Shown: positions 42,101-50,563 of the stretch, piece after piece
How positions within the stretch are numbered: the first letter of the stretch is position 1
Layout of the letters: the number at the start of each line of letters is the position of its first letter
Assembly: GCA_052055015.1 (NCBI GenBank)
Contig: JBQJIT010000028.1
DNA length: 50,563 bases
Strand: one strand, 5' to 3'
Origin: Malassezia furfur
Lineage: Eukaryota
The notes under the pieces: model-generated
What the model saw: only the letters and a program-made list of their open reading frames with translations
Told to the model about the DNA's origin: nothing
Databases searched by the model: none
Program-made: the position numbers and the translations under genes

Positions 42101-43200
42101 GGTCACCGGCGGCGTCGTATGTGACGCTGTCTGTGGTGTTTGCTACGCTGTTTTGCTTGTTGGAAGAACCTGGGTCGGCGTCTTCGTCGTCTCTGCTGAC
42201 GCAGTACACGACCCTGGTCACCCACATGGACGGCGATGCCTACGCGCACACTCTACGTGTGATCGAAACGGCATTTGCGGGCAGTAATGCTGCCAAGGCA
42301 GCAGTTGCCTATGACACACACGAGCAGGCGGCTTTGTTGACGCTTTTGGCAATCCTGCTGCAACACGGACCGAGCGGGACGAGCCGCATTGCCAGTACCC
42401 ACTTCTCCTCCCTTCTGGCCCGTTTGCCGCTTGCGTTGCACCATGCTCCACGACTTGCGGGCCCAATGGTCGCCCTGCTTGACCGCGTGTGCAGCAATCG
42501 CGCGCTGATTTTGCGGCCGCTCGATGTGCCGCGCATTTTTGCGCTTGTGTCGTGTATCGTAGGCCCAAGCGGCCGGAAAGACCGCACCGAGGATTGCACC
42601 GAGGCTGCAGCCCTCTTTTCGGGGATCGTGTCGACATTGCATGCCATCATCCGGCTCCGAAAGGACCTGCTCGGTGCTTTCCTCCCGCAGCTGACCGAGG
42701 TGCTCTGCCTGCTGCTTCCCCTCTTGCAATCCCTACAGCGCTCCAATGTTGGGCGTACACAGCTCCACCGGCTTGCGGCGGCCACACCCATATGGCTCGA
42801 TGTGGCGTCCCATCCGCTTGGCGCCGGCGAAGCGCGTGCGCTTAGTCGTCTATATGCAGAGGTTCCGGCCAAATCGACCTCGATCGCCACCATTGTTGCC
42901 CACAAACGGCGCCGGGTGTCGACCGACGAGCATACCGGAACTACCGAGTCTTTGGCGCGCTCCATGTCGAAGCATGCCGTGTACATTCTTGTGGCCTACG
43001 TGCGCTGCGTAACGCAGAGTGGCACCACACTTGCAACCCCGGTGCGCCAGGAGCTGCAGCCGGGTCTGTATGCGCTGTGCGACCTAGTCAGCAAGTACGA
43101 GCGCGATGCGGTGCTCAAAGGCATGCTCGACGCCAGCGGCCAGATTATCTTCAAGGCGCTATGGAGCGAATGGGAGCGTCAACGGTACAAGGGAACGTGA
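39115..43200 (+). CDS. URB2: Nucleolar pre-ribosome factor Urb2/Npa2
   Basis: 1361-aa helical protein; N-terminal [10 protein letters not shown]-terminal Urb2-like [12 protein letters not shown]...[11 protein letters not shown]...[23 protein letters not shown]. Confidence 0.82.
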   Translation: MAHVLDAWGVTTSEALVKALKRPDTGRDGKPMRIDLLFEAWNDKSMYIPKKTELLVDAAIETLSQSAKPKTSKPYHLNPRYWEFLQEALPHDASDLLHGLAGKYHFLQLTSHVLSDADASLWATAAPVLARIVRAGVRRHGAIHVDAVNACFVDVFRSLPRLCEATQVGVTAKFLTAMLEYWRPALELGSNAKKTSKFFVQESLDAFASAWVHVEALDASELRTLLMDLSESSLFGPPTLSGGREMQPILDTVGALTTRLVERLSHTMVVVAALPCFLAQLVHALRSAGEASALSAAQRHSVLELYIVPVCTAMHSCLHQASFACAATTARLALVRQIDVLALFQPGADDTVWAALWVQFCTDTIAYMRTHERTSTCYATLSALWAVYSDSIAPQLVTMLAETAYATGASRNAAQDLIRLVLDHHAQLREMPSMVEMARDVIERIVTTADEGTRLVRSPFFCRVTSELWESRLRGATSHNQAAPLLRDTLQMAQACLDASIPQFLCMAQILVLVTKSVGLNQTADLFPDLAAIAQLADRCTESGLQPSGPRCIAASALRLRFVLMRRMLHHTLALDEALPDVVAQHMLGDMRPYMDTTEPELAVEALRSTLGLMELRQVHNQQDNETKVLLVAMVEGPLLPLLQQPVPDPLPAWDGQVFGMPASVLPVALWRLLTTRWVAVLDSLEPAQLVPLVGHLEATLRDPASCQAQLSRAVVRNAQFLEQPHWRTALLDYVLHATSWIDTVQPPSELLQSDSLRRALASMALLEALPISHLPRSSLDVLLPRLSWLDAALTIRPSVSSLPLKQVLYRASSTVHTLPQILPVPKYLEALCRIPSPDLTFVQASMDLLRAMLHRGAHDMTQLLPCLTKLDLRTEMAQQAFTTVVEWLAEAQYELSAQGCAPLLQAASLPAIGDNWSEAAVRRTAMRVRAFAALVRLCKASDPRTAGPDAKASAQLVEAVDALRTALRCRTLSSRSAAPLADAVFSALLALHPIGSPAASYVTLSVVFATLFCLLEEPGSASSSSLLTQYTTLVTHMDGDAYAHTLRVIETAFAGSNAAKAAVAYDTHEQAALLTLLAILLQHGPSGTSRIASTHFSSLLARLPLALHHAPRLAGPMVALLDRVCSNRALILRPLDVPRIFALVSCIVGPSGRKDRTEDCTEAAALFSGIVSTLHAIIRLRKDLLGAFLPQLTEVLCLLLPLLQSLQRSNVGRTQLHRLAAATPIWLDVASHPLGAGEARALSRLYAEVPAKSTSIATIVAHKRRRVSTDEHTGTTESLARSMSKHAVYILVAYVRCVTQSGTTLATPVRQELQPGLYALCDLVSKYERDAVLKGMLDASGQIIFKALWSEWERQRYKGT

Positions 43201-43257
43201 TACTAGCAGCTCTATGATGCGAATACCGTAGCAACATACAAATGCAGAAAAATGCTA

Positions 43258-44979
43258 TTACAAAGACGTACGGGCCGCTGTCTCTACACGCAGTGTGAGC
43301 ATCAGCAGACCCGAGATCATGAACAGCGTGGCGCCGACGTAGATCGGCACCGACGCCTGCGTCTTGGTGGCATCGGCCGGCACACCATAAATTTTGATAA
43401 TCGGGGCAAGAATACCAAACATGCGGTTGAGGCTTGAGGCAATTCCATCCGCCGTGCCACGCATCGGCGCAGGGAAGGATTCAGGCGTGTAGCAGTACAA
43501 CACACCGTACATAATGTTTTGCGTGAAGGCCGTCACACAACTGAAAGCAAGGGTACCGTCACTGGTCGACATTGCCGTGAAGCCATACAAGAAGATACCA
43601 CTCAGCAGGGTACCGATGGCCATCGCACCACGGCGACCGCTGCGGGGCAGGTTGACCATCCACGTGGCGAGCAGACTCCCGGGAATACCACACACCGAAA
43701 TGATCACATAGTTGCGGTAAGTCTCCGACATGGAGTTGGTGGTGACGTCGCTTCCACCACCTGACTTTTCGAGGTACAAAAGAATGAACGAGTTGAAGAG
43801 CGGGTAGGCCAGACCGATAAAGGCCCACAGAATCCAAATCACCACCGTAGTGTAACCGAGCTCAAACGTAGAAAACAGCGGCTTGATGTGCGTGATCGAC
43901 TTCCGCATGTCGATCGAACGCGCATTGAATGCAAACATGCGTACGTTGTGGATCGTCTTGCCTACTAGGTACTTGGGATGCTCGTGAATTAGCTCCTCCA
44001 CCGACGGGTCGTCGTCCATCGCATCATCTTGACCAGCAGCCGAACGAAGGATTTCGACCGTAAGCATATCATCGGGCAGTGGCTTGCCGCACATAGCAGC
44101 GAAACGCTTCATCGCCTCGACGGCTTCCTCATCGCGACCCTTCGAGAGCAGGAACTTGGGGCTCTCAGGGATCTTGAACACCACAAATCGCAGGAAGAAG
44201 CACGCGAGCGTGAATGCACCAATCGTAAAGTTGAAGTAGCGCCAGCCAACATTGTCGGTAACCCAGCCGTTGCCGTTCTTCACGAAGCACTGGGCATCAA
44301 CACAGTGCCAGCGAGCAATAAAGCCCCAGCCGATCAGCGACGCCATCAACTGACCCAGAGACCAGAAAACCGAAAGCAGCGTCAAAAGATATTGGCTGTT
44401 TCCCGGCAGGAACTCGAGGAAAAGCATGCCGTCCACAGGCAAACTACCGCCCAAGCCAAAGCCCAAAGCGGCCAAGAGACCTCCGAGAGCCGTAAAGTTG
44501 GTTGGACCACCCGCAGCAATGCCAAACACACCAGCGATAAAAAGCGTAGCGTTGAACGAAAGACGACGTCCCACAATGTCGGCTGCAATACCCCAGAATG
44601 CAGCCCCGCAAATGAGACCGGCATACAGGGCCACCGTCATGAACTCGGGGTGCTCTTCGTTGAATTCGTTGGCAACTTGCGGCAGGATGATCGCGACACC
44701 CTGCAGCCATGCGTTATCAATGAGCCATCCCACACCCGAAACACAGAGCAAACCCCACTGCCACCAGGTCATGCCAATGTGCTCGTTGATAATCTTGTTG
44801 AAGATGTACACCTTGCGGCCATACACCTCGTCAATAGCTGCAGCCTCGACGTGGCTGGAGCGGATTAGCATTTCATCATGCTCGCGGATGTCTTCCTTGA
44901 GTTCCTCGGCTTTCTTGATCTCGGCGGGAGCCATGTGTTGCTCCACGTCCGTCGGCATACTCTGGTTCGTCTCCGTCAT
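43258..44979 (-). CDS. MFS transporter (SV2/sugar-porter-like, about 12 TM)
   Basis: ADIVGRRLSFN (motif A), GLGGSLPVDGMLFLEFLP, PESPKFL, YTPESFPAPMRGTADG. ATG at 44979. Confidence 0.9.
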   Translation of the reverse strand: MTETNQSMPTDVEQHMAPAEIKKAEELKEDIREHDEMLIRSSHVEAAAIDEVYGRKVYIFNKIINEHIGMTWWQWGLLCVSGVGWLIDNAWLQGVAIILPQVANEFNEEHPEFMTVALYAGLICGAAFWGIAADIVGRRLSFNATLFIAGVFGIAAGGPTNFTALGGLLAALGFGLGGSLPVDGMLFLEFLPGNSQYLLTLLSVFWSLGQLMASLIGWGFIARWHCVDAQCFVKNGNGWVTDNVGWRYFNFTIGAFTLACFFLRFVVFKIPESPKFLLSKGRDEEAVEAMKRFAAMCGKPLPDDMLTVEILRSAAGQDDAMDDDPSVEELIHEHPKYLVGKTIHNVRMFAFNARSIDMRKSITHIKPLFSTFELGYTTVVIWILWAFIGLAYPLFNSFILLYLEKSGGGSDVTTNSMSETYRNYVIISVCGIPGSLLATWMVNLPRSGRRGAMAIGTLLSGIFLYGFTAMSTSDGTLAFSCVTAFTQNIMYGVLYCYTPESFPAPMRGTADGIASSLNRMFGILAPIIKIYGVPADATKTQASVPIYVGATLFMISGLLMLTLRVETAARTSL

Positions 44980-45261
44980 TGTAGCAAGCTTGTATAGATT
45001 AGGGACGAAAACCGGAGAAGAGCGATTTTTTTTCCTTCCAGACAAGGGGTATAAAATTAAGTAGTGGGGAAGGAAGTGACGCCGCGCTTTATAACGGAGG
45101 GGATCCCCGGCTCAAACGAGTTACTATTTGGTAGCAGTCTAGATCGGCGATTTGTGCCAAGGTAAAAAAAGCTTGGTAATCCAAATGCGCAGCTACTTGA
45201 CTAAAAGGAGATGGACACCATTATGTATTCAGGTGTCCAAAATAAAAAAGTACAAAAAGTG

Positions 45262-45372
45262 TGACAAGAGTGGGATTCGAACCCACGCCTCAGGGAGACT
45301 GCGATTTTGTTGTCAAGGTATCCCTTTGAAGGAGCCTGAACACAGCGCCTTAGACCACTCGGCCATCTTGCC
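45262..45372 (-). tRNA. tRNA-Leu(CAG) with 30-nt intron (45305-45334)
   Basis: Minus strand reads GGCAAGATGGCCGAGTGGTCTAAGGCG-CTGTG-TT-CAG-G[intron]T-CGCAG, variable arm, GTGGGTTCGAATCCCAC-TCTTGTCA; oligo-T downstream. Confidence 0.92.
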
Positions 45373-45487
45373 TTGAGTTGAAAGTGAGCACCGACACTGA
45401 CAATATAATCTCATGGAGAAGACTCTAGTTTAGCAGGAAGTAATGTATGCAATGTCGACGCCCTGAGACATGCGTATATACAGTTGA

Positions 45488-46487
45488 TTAAACACCTTGG
45501 TTCCCCTGAAAGTCCTGACATCCAGTAGGAAGGTGAAAAGCTATCGTGGACTTGTTCGCGTTCCGGATTATACGTCGCCTTCGGAATGCATACTGCTCGT
45601 CAAACAAGATGGCGTCCGCGAATGGGTCAGTCGGCTCGTAAAAGTCGAGACACGGCTGTTGGGGGGTATTTAAGGGGAACATGTAATAAGAATGCGAACA
45701 CGAGTCATCCTGTTCTCCCCTTCCTTCACTTGAGATGTCCATTGGTATAACAGAGTTCGTCTCTGACGAATAAAAAACATCTTGCCCTCTCAAGGGCTCA
45801 CACCTCGATGTTGTATTTTTCAAATAGGGTGCCATTTGAGCCTTAGTCTTTGCGCTTCCAAGCAAGGAAGGTTTTATAGGACGAGAGTTGGACGGATAGG
45901 CTGTTTTGTCATTTGGTGTTTGCTCGCATGGAGGCAAATTTTCTTTGAACTCGTTTGCTGCAAGAGGTGCAAGTTGTAAAGTGCGCGGAGACGTCTGCAT
46001 AGATTTCCAACGGCCACGTTGCTGGTGTAAAACGCGTTCATGGTCGAGAGAAGCCATCGCGATGCTGGTGCGAGAGTTACGGTTGGCCGATGAAGTTTTG
46101 TATGCAGACACGGGAGACTGTGGATATTCCGAACGAGCAAAAACTAATACGTTAGTTCGATTGCATACCTTCGGAACAAGCCGCCGAAGGGCTTGGAAAC
46201 TTAATAGAATAAGAAAGCGGTTTCTGCAACAGATTCTCACTGCCCTCTAGTTCTTTGGCGGTATGTCCGAGCTCCCTAATATGTGGACGCGGAAAGAGCA
46301 CATTATATCGTTTTTGTGCACCATAGATACGGCGTGGGGGTATATCGTTCAGCAAGTTTCCAAGCATGTGCTCCAGCTCCTGTTCATCCGCACATCCTGT
46401 CGCACGAGAAGATGCCTCTCGCGTTGTTGGACGTGAGGCTTCTCTAGTTCGATTCCGAAGCATTCCTGGCATCGGATGCCGTGTCAT
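45488..46487 (-). CDS. Orphan hypothetical protein of about 324 aa (intron 46144-46168), lower GC
   Basis: ORFs 46152..46532 and 45488..46240 join in frame via GTATGC...CTAAC.GTATTAG (25 nt). No recognisable domain. Confidence 0.55.
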
Positions 46488-46636
46488 GGGGATGTGGTAA
46501 AACACGACTAGCACCGCGAGTATAATGCCCACCCAGCCTTAACCTGCAAGTGTTGCTGTTGTTTATTTAGGTAACCTAGAGGTTTGCCCTATGTGGAGGC
46601 AATTGTTTCGTCTGCGGAGAAGGTTGTGAATAGGCC

Positions 46637-48469
46637 ATGGGCGACTCTGGCGATACGGACGCCCTTGTACGCCGGTTTTGTCCCCCGCTTGACCCAAGTT
46701 TGGTTCTTGCATTATGCAGTGAATCCGACCGTGCTGAGATGGAGACAATTCAGATATTGTCCGACCTATCGGAGGCTGCCCGGGTAGAGGAGGCTGTGGA
46801 TGCAACCCAGCCAGCGGATGCGCCCGCACCCGTGCTTGGTACAGAGGCAAGCAAAGAAACAGAAGAACATGACTACGAGAAAGATTCTGTGCTGAACTTT
46901 CTTGCACAGTCATTTCCCAATAAAACTCCTGATGCGCTTCAGAGAAGTTTAGAGGAATCGCAAGGTGATGTCGATGTTGCGATGGACGCCCTCCTTGCGC
47001 AAGACATGTTGAGCCTGGATGTGGGAGCGAAGCACGCACCCAAGAAAGGAGGACTAGATTATGATGCGCTTGCATCGGGCATGCAACGGAAAAAACCGAG
47101 CAGGTCCAAAGCAAAGGCGGGCGGGAGTCGGAAAGCACAGACTGTAAGTTTGACCGATCAGCGAAGCGCGCATCACATCTATGCCGACCGGCGCACTCTT
47201 GCTACAAGCTCCTCACAACGTTCTCGTGCGTCTTCCCCACCCTTGATTGCCGAAGAGGGGCTGGACGATGCCGAATTTGCACGACGCCTCCAAAATGCCG
47301 AGAAAGATGCCGTGGCCGCAAATGAGAAGCTGGTGGGTGATCAGCAATGGCTGCTTGCCTCTTCGACGCTCACGCAACTTGCATCGCTGCTGGATGTACC
47401 CCAGACCAAGATACAAAGTATTTTTAACCAAGCGTCCTTCAATCTTCATGTGACCATGGCGCGGGCCATGGCGTACGCAGCGGCACAGCCCATGGCCATG
47501 GCAGCGCAGCAGGCGCCGGCCTTCCCGGTGGTGTGTGAGACGCTCACATCCATCACTGGGGGCGATCCCCGCGTGATTTCCGAGGTGCTGGCTGCGACCA
47601 AAGGTGAGCAGTCCGCGGCGCTCGACCTGCTTCAGCTGCGCGAAGTGGTTGCGACAGCGGCCGATGGCGTGTACAATCGTCCCGACTTGCTGGACCCCAC
47701 AGCAAAGCTCGCGAGTGACGACCCTTCTGTGGCGCTGTATACCCCCACGATCACGCAGAAGCGCCAGGTTGGCCCAGGCCCCGCGCCGCGTTGGCTAGAT
47801 GCGAATGACCGCACGTATGCTGGGCGATCGACAGGCGCTGCGGCATCCACCCCGAGTAGCAGCTCGTTGGCCGCAGATGCGCTTCGCCAGGGCCAAACGG
47901 CCGTGGTGCTGCCTGCGTCGGCGCAGCAGGTGGAGCTGAGTGCCGTGGCGGCCGAGCCCGATTTGGGCGGATCCTTCTCCAAGGAAGAGTGCCAGCTCCG
48001 TGCCGCTGAGCTGCGTGAGAAGCGCGATGCTGCACTTCGCCAGGCTGCAGTCTCTGCGCGGCGCTACCGCGGCGCATCGGCGACGCTGGGCGGCGCTGCG
48101 AGTGTGTACGCGGAAGAAGCGCGTAAGTACGATACGGCTGCGCGGCGGTGGCAGATGCGTGCAGCGTCGGCGCTCGTGGAGCAGCGGCAGACCGACTTAG
48201 CGATTGATGGGCGTCTATCGGAGATGGAACGGATCGATCTACATGGGCTGACAGTGCATGAGGCGCTGACGGTGGTGCAGCAGAAGCTTGCACGGAGCCG
48301 GTCGGGTGGCGCACGGACGTTTCTGGAGATCATTACGGGCCGCGGTGTGCACAGCCGGCACAATGTGTCGGTGCTCCGCCCCGCGCTGGTACGGTACCTG
48401 CAGCAGCGTGGCTATACGGTGGACAGCTCGTCAAATCCGGGGGCCTTATATGTGAAACAGGTGCGCTGA
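46637..48469 (+). CDS. CUE/UBA-like plus Smr endonuclease domain protein (Cue2/N4BP2-like)
   Basis: N-terminal CPPLDPSLVLAL; CUE-like FLAQSFP...GDVDVAMDALL; C-terminal Smr IDLHGLTVHEAL...LEIITGRGVHS...NPGALYV. Confidence 0.85.
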   Translation: MGDSGDTDALVRRFCPPLDPSLVLALCSESDRAEMETIQILSDLSEAARVEEAVDATQPADAPAPVLGTEASKETEEHDYEKDSVLNFLAQSFPNKTPDALQRSLEESQGDVDVAMDALLAQDMLSLDVGAKHAPKKGGLDYDALASGMQRKKPSRSKAKAGGSRKAQTVSLTDQRSAHHIYADRRTLATSSSQRSRASSPPLIAEEGLDDAEFARRLQNAEKDAVAANEKLVGDQQWLLASSTLTQLASLLDVPQTKIQSIFNQASFNLHVTMARAMAYAAAQPMAMAAQQAPAFPVVCETLTSITGGDPRVISEVLAATKGEQSAALDLLQLREVVATAADGVYNRPDLLDPTAKLASDDPSVALYTPTITQKRQVGPGPAPRWLDANDRTYAGRSTGAAASTPSSSSLAADALRQGQTAVVLPASAQQVELSAVAAEPDLGGSFSKEECQLRAAELREKRDAALRQAAVSARRYRGASATLGGAASVYAEEARKYDTAARRWQMRAASALVEQRQTDLAIDGRLSEMERIDLHGLTVHEALTVVQQKLARSRSGGARTFLEIITGRGVHSRHNVSVLRPALVRYLQQRGYTVDSSSNPGALYVKQVR

Positions 48470-48854
48470 TCGGCCGCTCGTCCGCCAACACGGCTCGGCT
48501 GACACATCATGCGTCCTTGGCGCCGGGGCGTTCAGGGTCCGCGCGGATGCGACGCGTCCTGCGCAAGACTGCGCCTTGCGTGGGCAGTGGAGGGCGCGTT
48601 AGGTACGGGTCGCATGATAGGCTGTTGTAGTGTTCGACGATCGGGCGGCGCGTGTTGCTCATGTAATGGGATCGGGCCGATGCGTGTAGCTCGTCACGCC
48701 GCCGTTGGTTTTCCAGGCCACGGCAACACTCGGCGGTCACGGCGCTTGTGGGAGTGCGAGGCAACGCGGACGGTAGGCGGAAGTCGTTGCATGCACCCAT
48801 TTTGACGGTTGCTTGACGGACGACTGTCTTGCCGGCGCGCTGTGCACGCGCACG

Positions 48855-50563
48855 ATGGCGAATCCCGAGATCACCGATCTCGAGCTCCAGCGCGAGGTCG
48901 AGGCTCTGCGTACCCGCCGACGGCAGTCGGTGAACCGCCCGGTACTAGATCCGGATCTGCCAGACCTCCAGGTGCCGGGCGTGTTCTCCGAGTCGCGGCC
49001 CTCGCTCGATAGCCAGGCCTCGGCGTCAAGCACCGCGAGCTCGTCGTATCCGGTGCCTTCGACCCCTCCGGATATGGGTCTCGGCTCGTTTCCGTTTGAC
49101 GAACACCACTTGAATATCAATCCTCCGCTGTTTGGATCCTCGCACCGTGCACGTTACCTCGCACGCCGCAACGCGCGCGCCGCTCAGGCGGCCGACGCGC
49201 AGGAAAAAGGGCCGTTGCCCCAGCCGCCAATGGTCGAGGATGCGGCCTCGTATGGCGCTCCCGGCTCTGGTTCACCACTGCTTTGGGTGCCGGCAGGTGC
49301 GCACCCCGAAATCTCCCCTGCCGACTTTCGTCGGTTTATGAAAGAACAAGCGGAGCGCAACGTGAGTCAACATGAGGCCGATTCCAACATACCCACGCCG
49401 CGCGCATCGTTATCACCGCCTCTTGATGCCGCGGACGGCGAGAAGGGTGAGGCAGTGGTTGCGGCGAACCGCTTGCTGCGCCGCAACTCCTCTGTCGCGC
49501 GCCGTTCGAGCTCGCTGCGCAAGCAGATCCGCCCCGACCCGCGCGATGCTCCTTCATCCGAAGCGCCAGCGGCACCGATAACGGAGCGTGCACGGCGGCC
49601 AGGCAGCCTGCTTGCCATGCACAGCCAACTCCCGACCCCGCATGATGTCGGCGAGCCGGACGCGGCGCCGTCGGCACCGGATGCGCGGGAAGACGATCGC
49701 AGCATGAGTGCGACGCAGGCGGCGCACCCGGCCGACAGCGACGCAGGACATCCGCGCCCGCTGCCGACGCCTGGCACGTCGCAGCTCCAGCGGAACTCGC
49801 GCAACATGAAACTCGCGCGACCGCCCGGCTCGGTGGGTGCGTCGCGGAGCGTGCGTGCGGCGCCCGCGCCGGCAGCGCCGTCCACGGCACCGGCAACGCC
49901 CGCGTCCTCCGTGGCCCCTTCACCGCCGACGCGGGCGCCGCCCCGCAAGCCGGTGCCGACGCCCGACACGATGGTGTCGACGATCGAGGCACTTGCGCTC
50001 GACACGCCGCCTGCCTCCCATGTCGGTCACGTCGGTGGGCGCTCAGAGATTGTCGAGGAGCCGGAGTACATGGACCAGGCGCCGACCACAGATGGGGCGT
50101 CTGCGCGCCCTGCACCACCGCCCGCGCGTCCGCTCGGTGGCGACGGGCCGCGGCGCGGCAATACGCTGCCTTCGCGCCTCGAAGACACGCTCGAAGTGCT
50201 CCACCAACGCCGCGCCATCAACGCCGCCAACGTGCGCGCCAAGGCGTCGACCAAGGAGGCGCTGCCGGACCTGCCCGGCACGGACAGCGAGCGCGCGCCC
50301 AAGCGCCGGTCGTCGGAGCGCGTGCCGGTACCGCGTGCGATGCCACCAGCACCGCTGCCTACATCGAGCGGGCCTGTACCGCTGCCGGCCGCGCCACGCC
50401 GCTCTGAAGACGACGCACCGGTGCGCGCCGGCCCGCGGCCACTGCCCGAACCCAAAAGCACGCGGCCTGAGCCTCGGCCGCTGCCCGAACCCAAAGGCGC
50501 GCCGCTCGGTGCCGCCGTCGAGCCGGTGGTCGCCCCGCAGGGAAAGGAGCGCGTCGAGCTGCG
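48855..50563 (+). CDS. Zds1-like protein, N-terminal part (runs off window end)
   Basis: Open frame from ATG 48855: ELQREVEALR.RRQS...LDPDLP and LLWVPAGAHPEISPADFRRF resemble the N-terminal motifs of fungal Zds1 proteins. The diagnostic Zds_C domain would lie beyond the window. Confidence 0.65.
   Translation, partial: MANPEITDLELQREVEALRTRRRQSVNRPVLDPDLPDLQVPGVFSESRPSLDSQASASSTASSSYPVPSTPPDMGLGSFPFDEHHLNINPPLFGSSHRARYLARRNARAAQAADAQEKGPLPQPPMVEDAASYGAPGSGSPLLWVPAGAHPEISPADFRRFMKEQAERNVSQHEADSNIPTPRASLSPPLDAADGEKGEAVVAANRLLRRNSSVARRSSSLRKQIRPDPRDAPSSEAPAAPITERARRPGSLLAMHSQLPTPHDVGEPDAAPSAPDAREDDRSMSATQAAHPADSDAGHPRPLPTPGTSQLQRNSRNMKLARPPGSVGASRSVRAAPAPAAPSTAPATPASSVAPSPPTRAPPRKPVPTPDTMVSTIEALALDTPPASHVGHVGGRSEIVEEPEYMDQAPTTDGASARPAPPPARPLGGDGPRRGNTLPSRLEDTLEVLHQRRAINAANVRAKASTKEALPDLPGTDSERAPKRRSSERVPVPRAMPPAPLPTSSGPVPLPAAPRRSEDDAPVRAGPRPLPEPKSTRPEPRPLPEPKGAPLGAAVEPVVAPQGKERVEL

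Noticed and set aside
1180..43200. Functional cluster of ribosome-biogenesis genes (UTP6, RPF1, URB2) or a secondary-metabolite cluster
   Set aside because: The genes are about 20 kb apart among unrelated housekeeping genes, and no backbone biosynthetic enzyme is present.
45262..45372. tRNA(CAG) as a sign of CUG codon reassignment
   Set aside because: The tRNA body looks Leu-type (discriminator A, T33), and CTG codons occupy conserved Leu positions in the proteins.
44980..46636. Centromere or mobile element in the lower-GC region
   Set aside because: The GC dip is modest, the region contains genes, and no transposase, RT, LTR or TIR is visible.

Overview
Eukaryotic fungal genomic DNA with extreme compaction: 27 protein-coding genes and 2 intron-containing tRNA genes in 50.6 kb. 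Gene content, high GC, tiny intergenic gaps and tiny introns suggest a basidiomycete yeast, most likely Malassezia (inference). Genes in order: ATP10, UTP6, PRI2, MSS4, a hypothetical gene, HIS7, a PhoD phosphatase, tRNA-Lys(CTT), RSM7, a small Pro-rich ORF, a C2H2 transcription factor, SUA7/TFIIB, NUP84, RPF1, COX8, HOF1/Cdc15-like, a CorA transporter, POL30/PCNA, RTA1-like, MET5, an MP88-like secreted protein, a bacterial-type mannose-1-P guanylyltransferase, RTC6/bL36m, URB2, an MFS transporter, tRNA-Leu(CAG), an orphan gene, a CUE/Smr protein and a partial Zds1-like gene. No mobile elements or CRISPR arrays were seen. Three signals stand out. (1) A palindromic CACGTG box occurs in 7 of 9 head-to-head intergenic gaps, and in 6 of these it lies within about 6 bp of the midpoint between the two ATGs, suggesting a minimal bidirectional promoter system. 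(2) There are 26 inferred spliceosomal introns of only 22-37 nt, four of them 22 nt. (3) An actinobacterial-type ManC gene carries a fungal intron. All gene models were derived by hand, without database searches.
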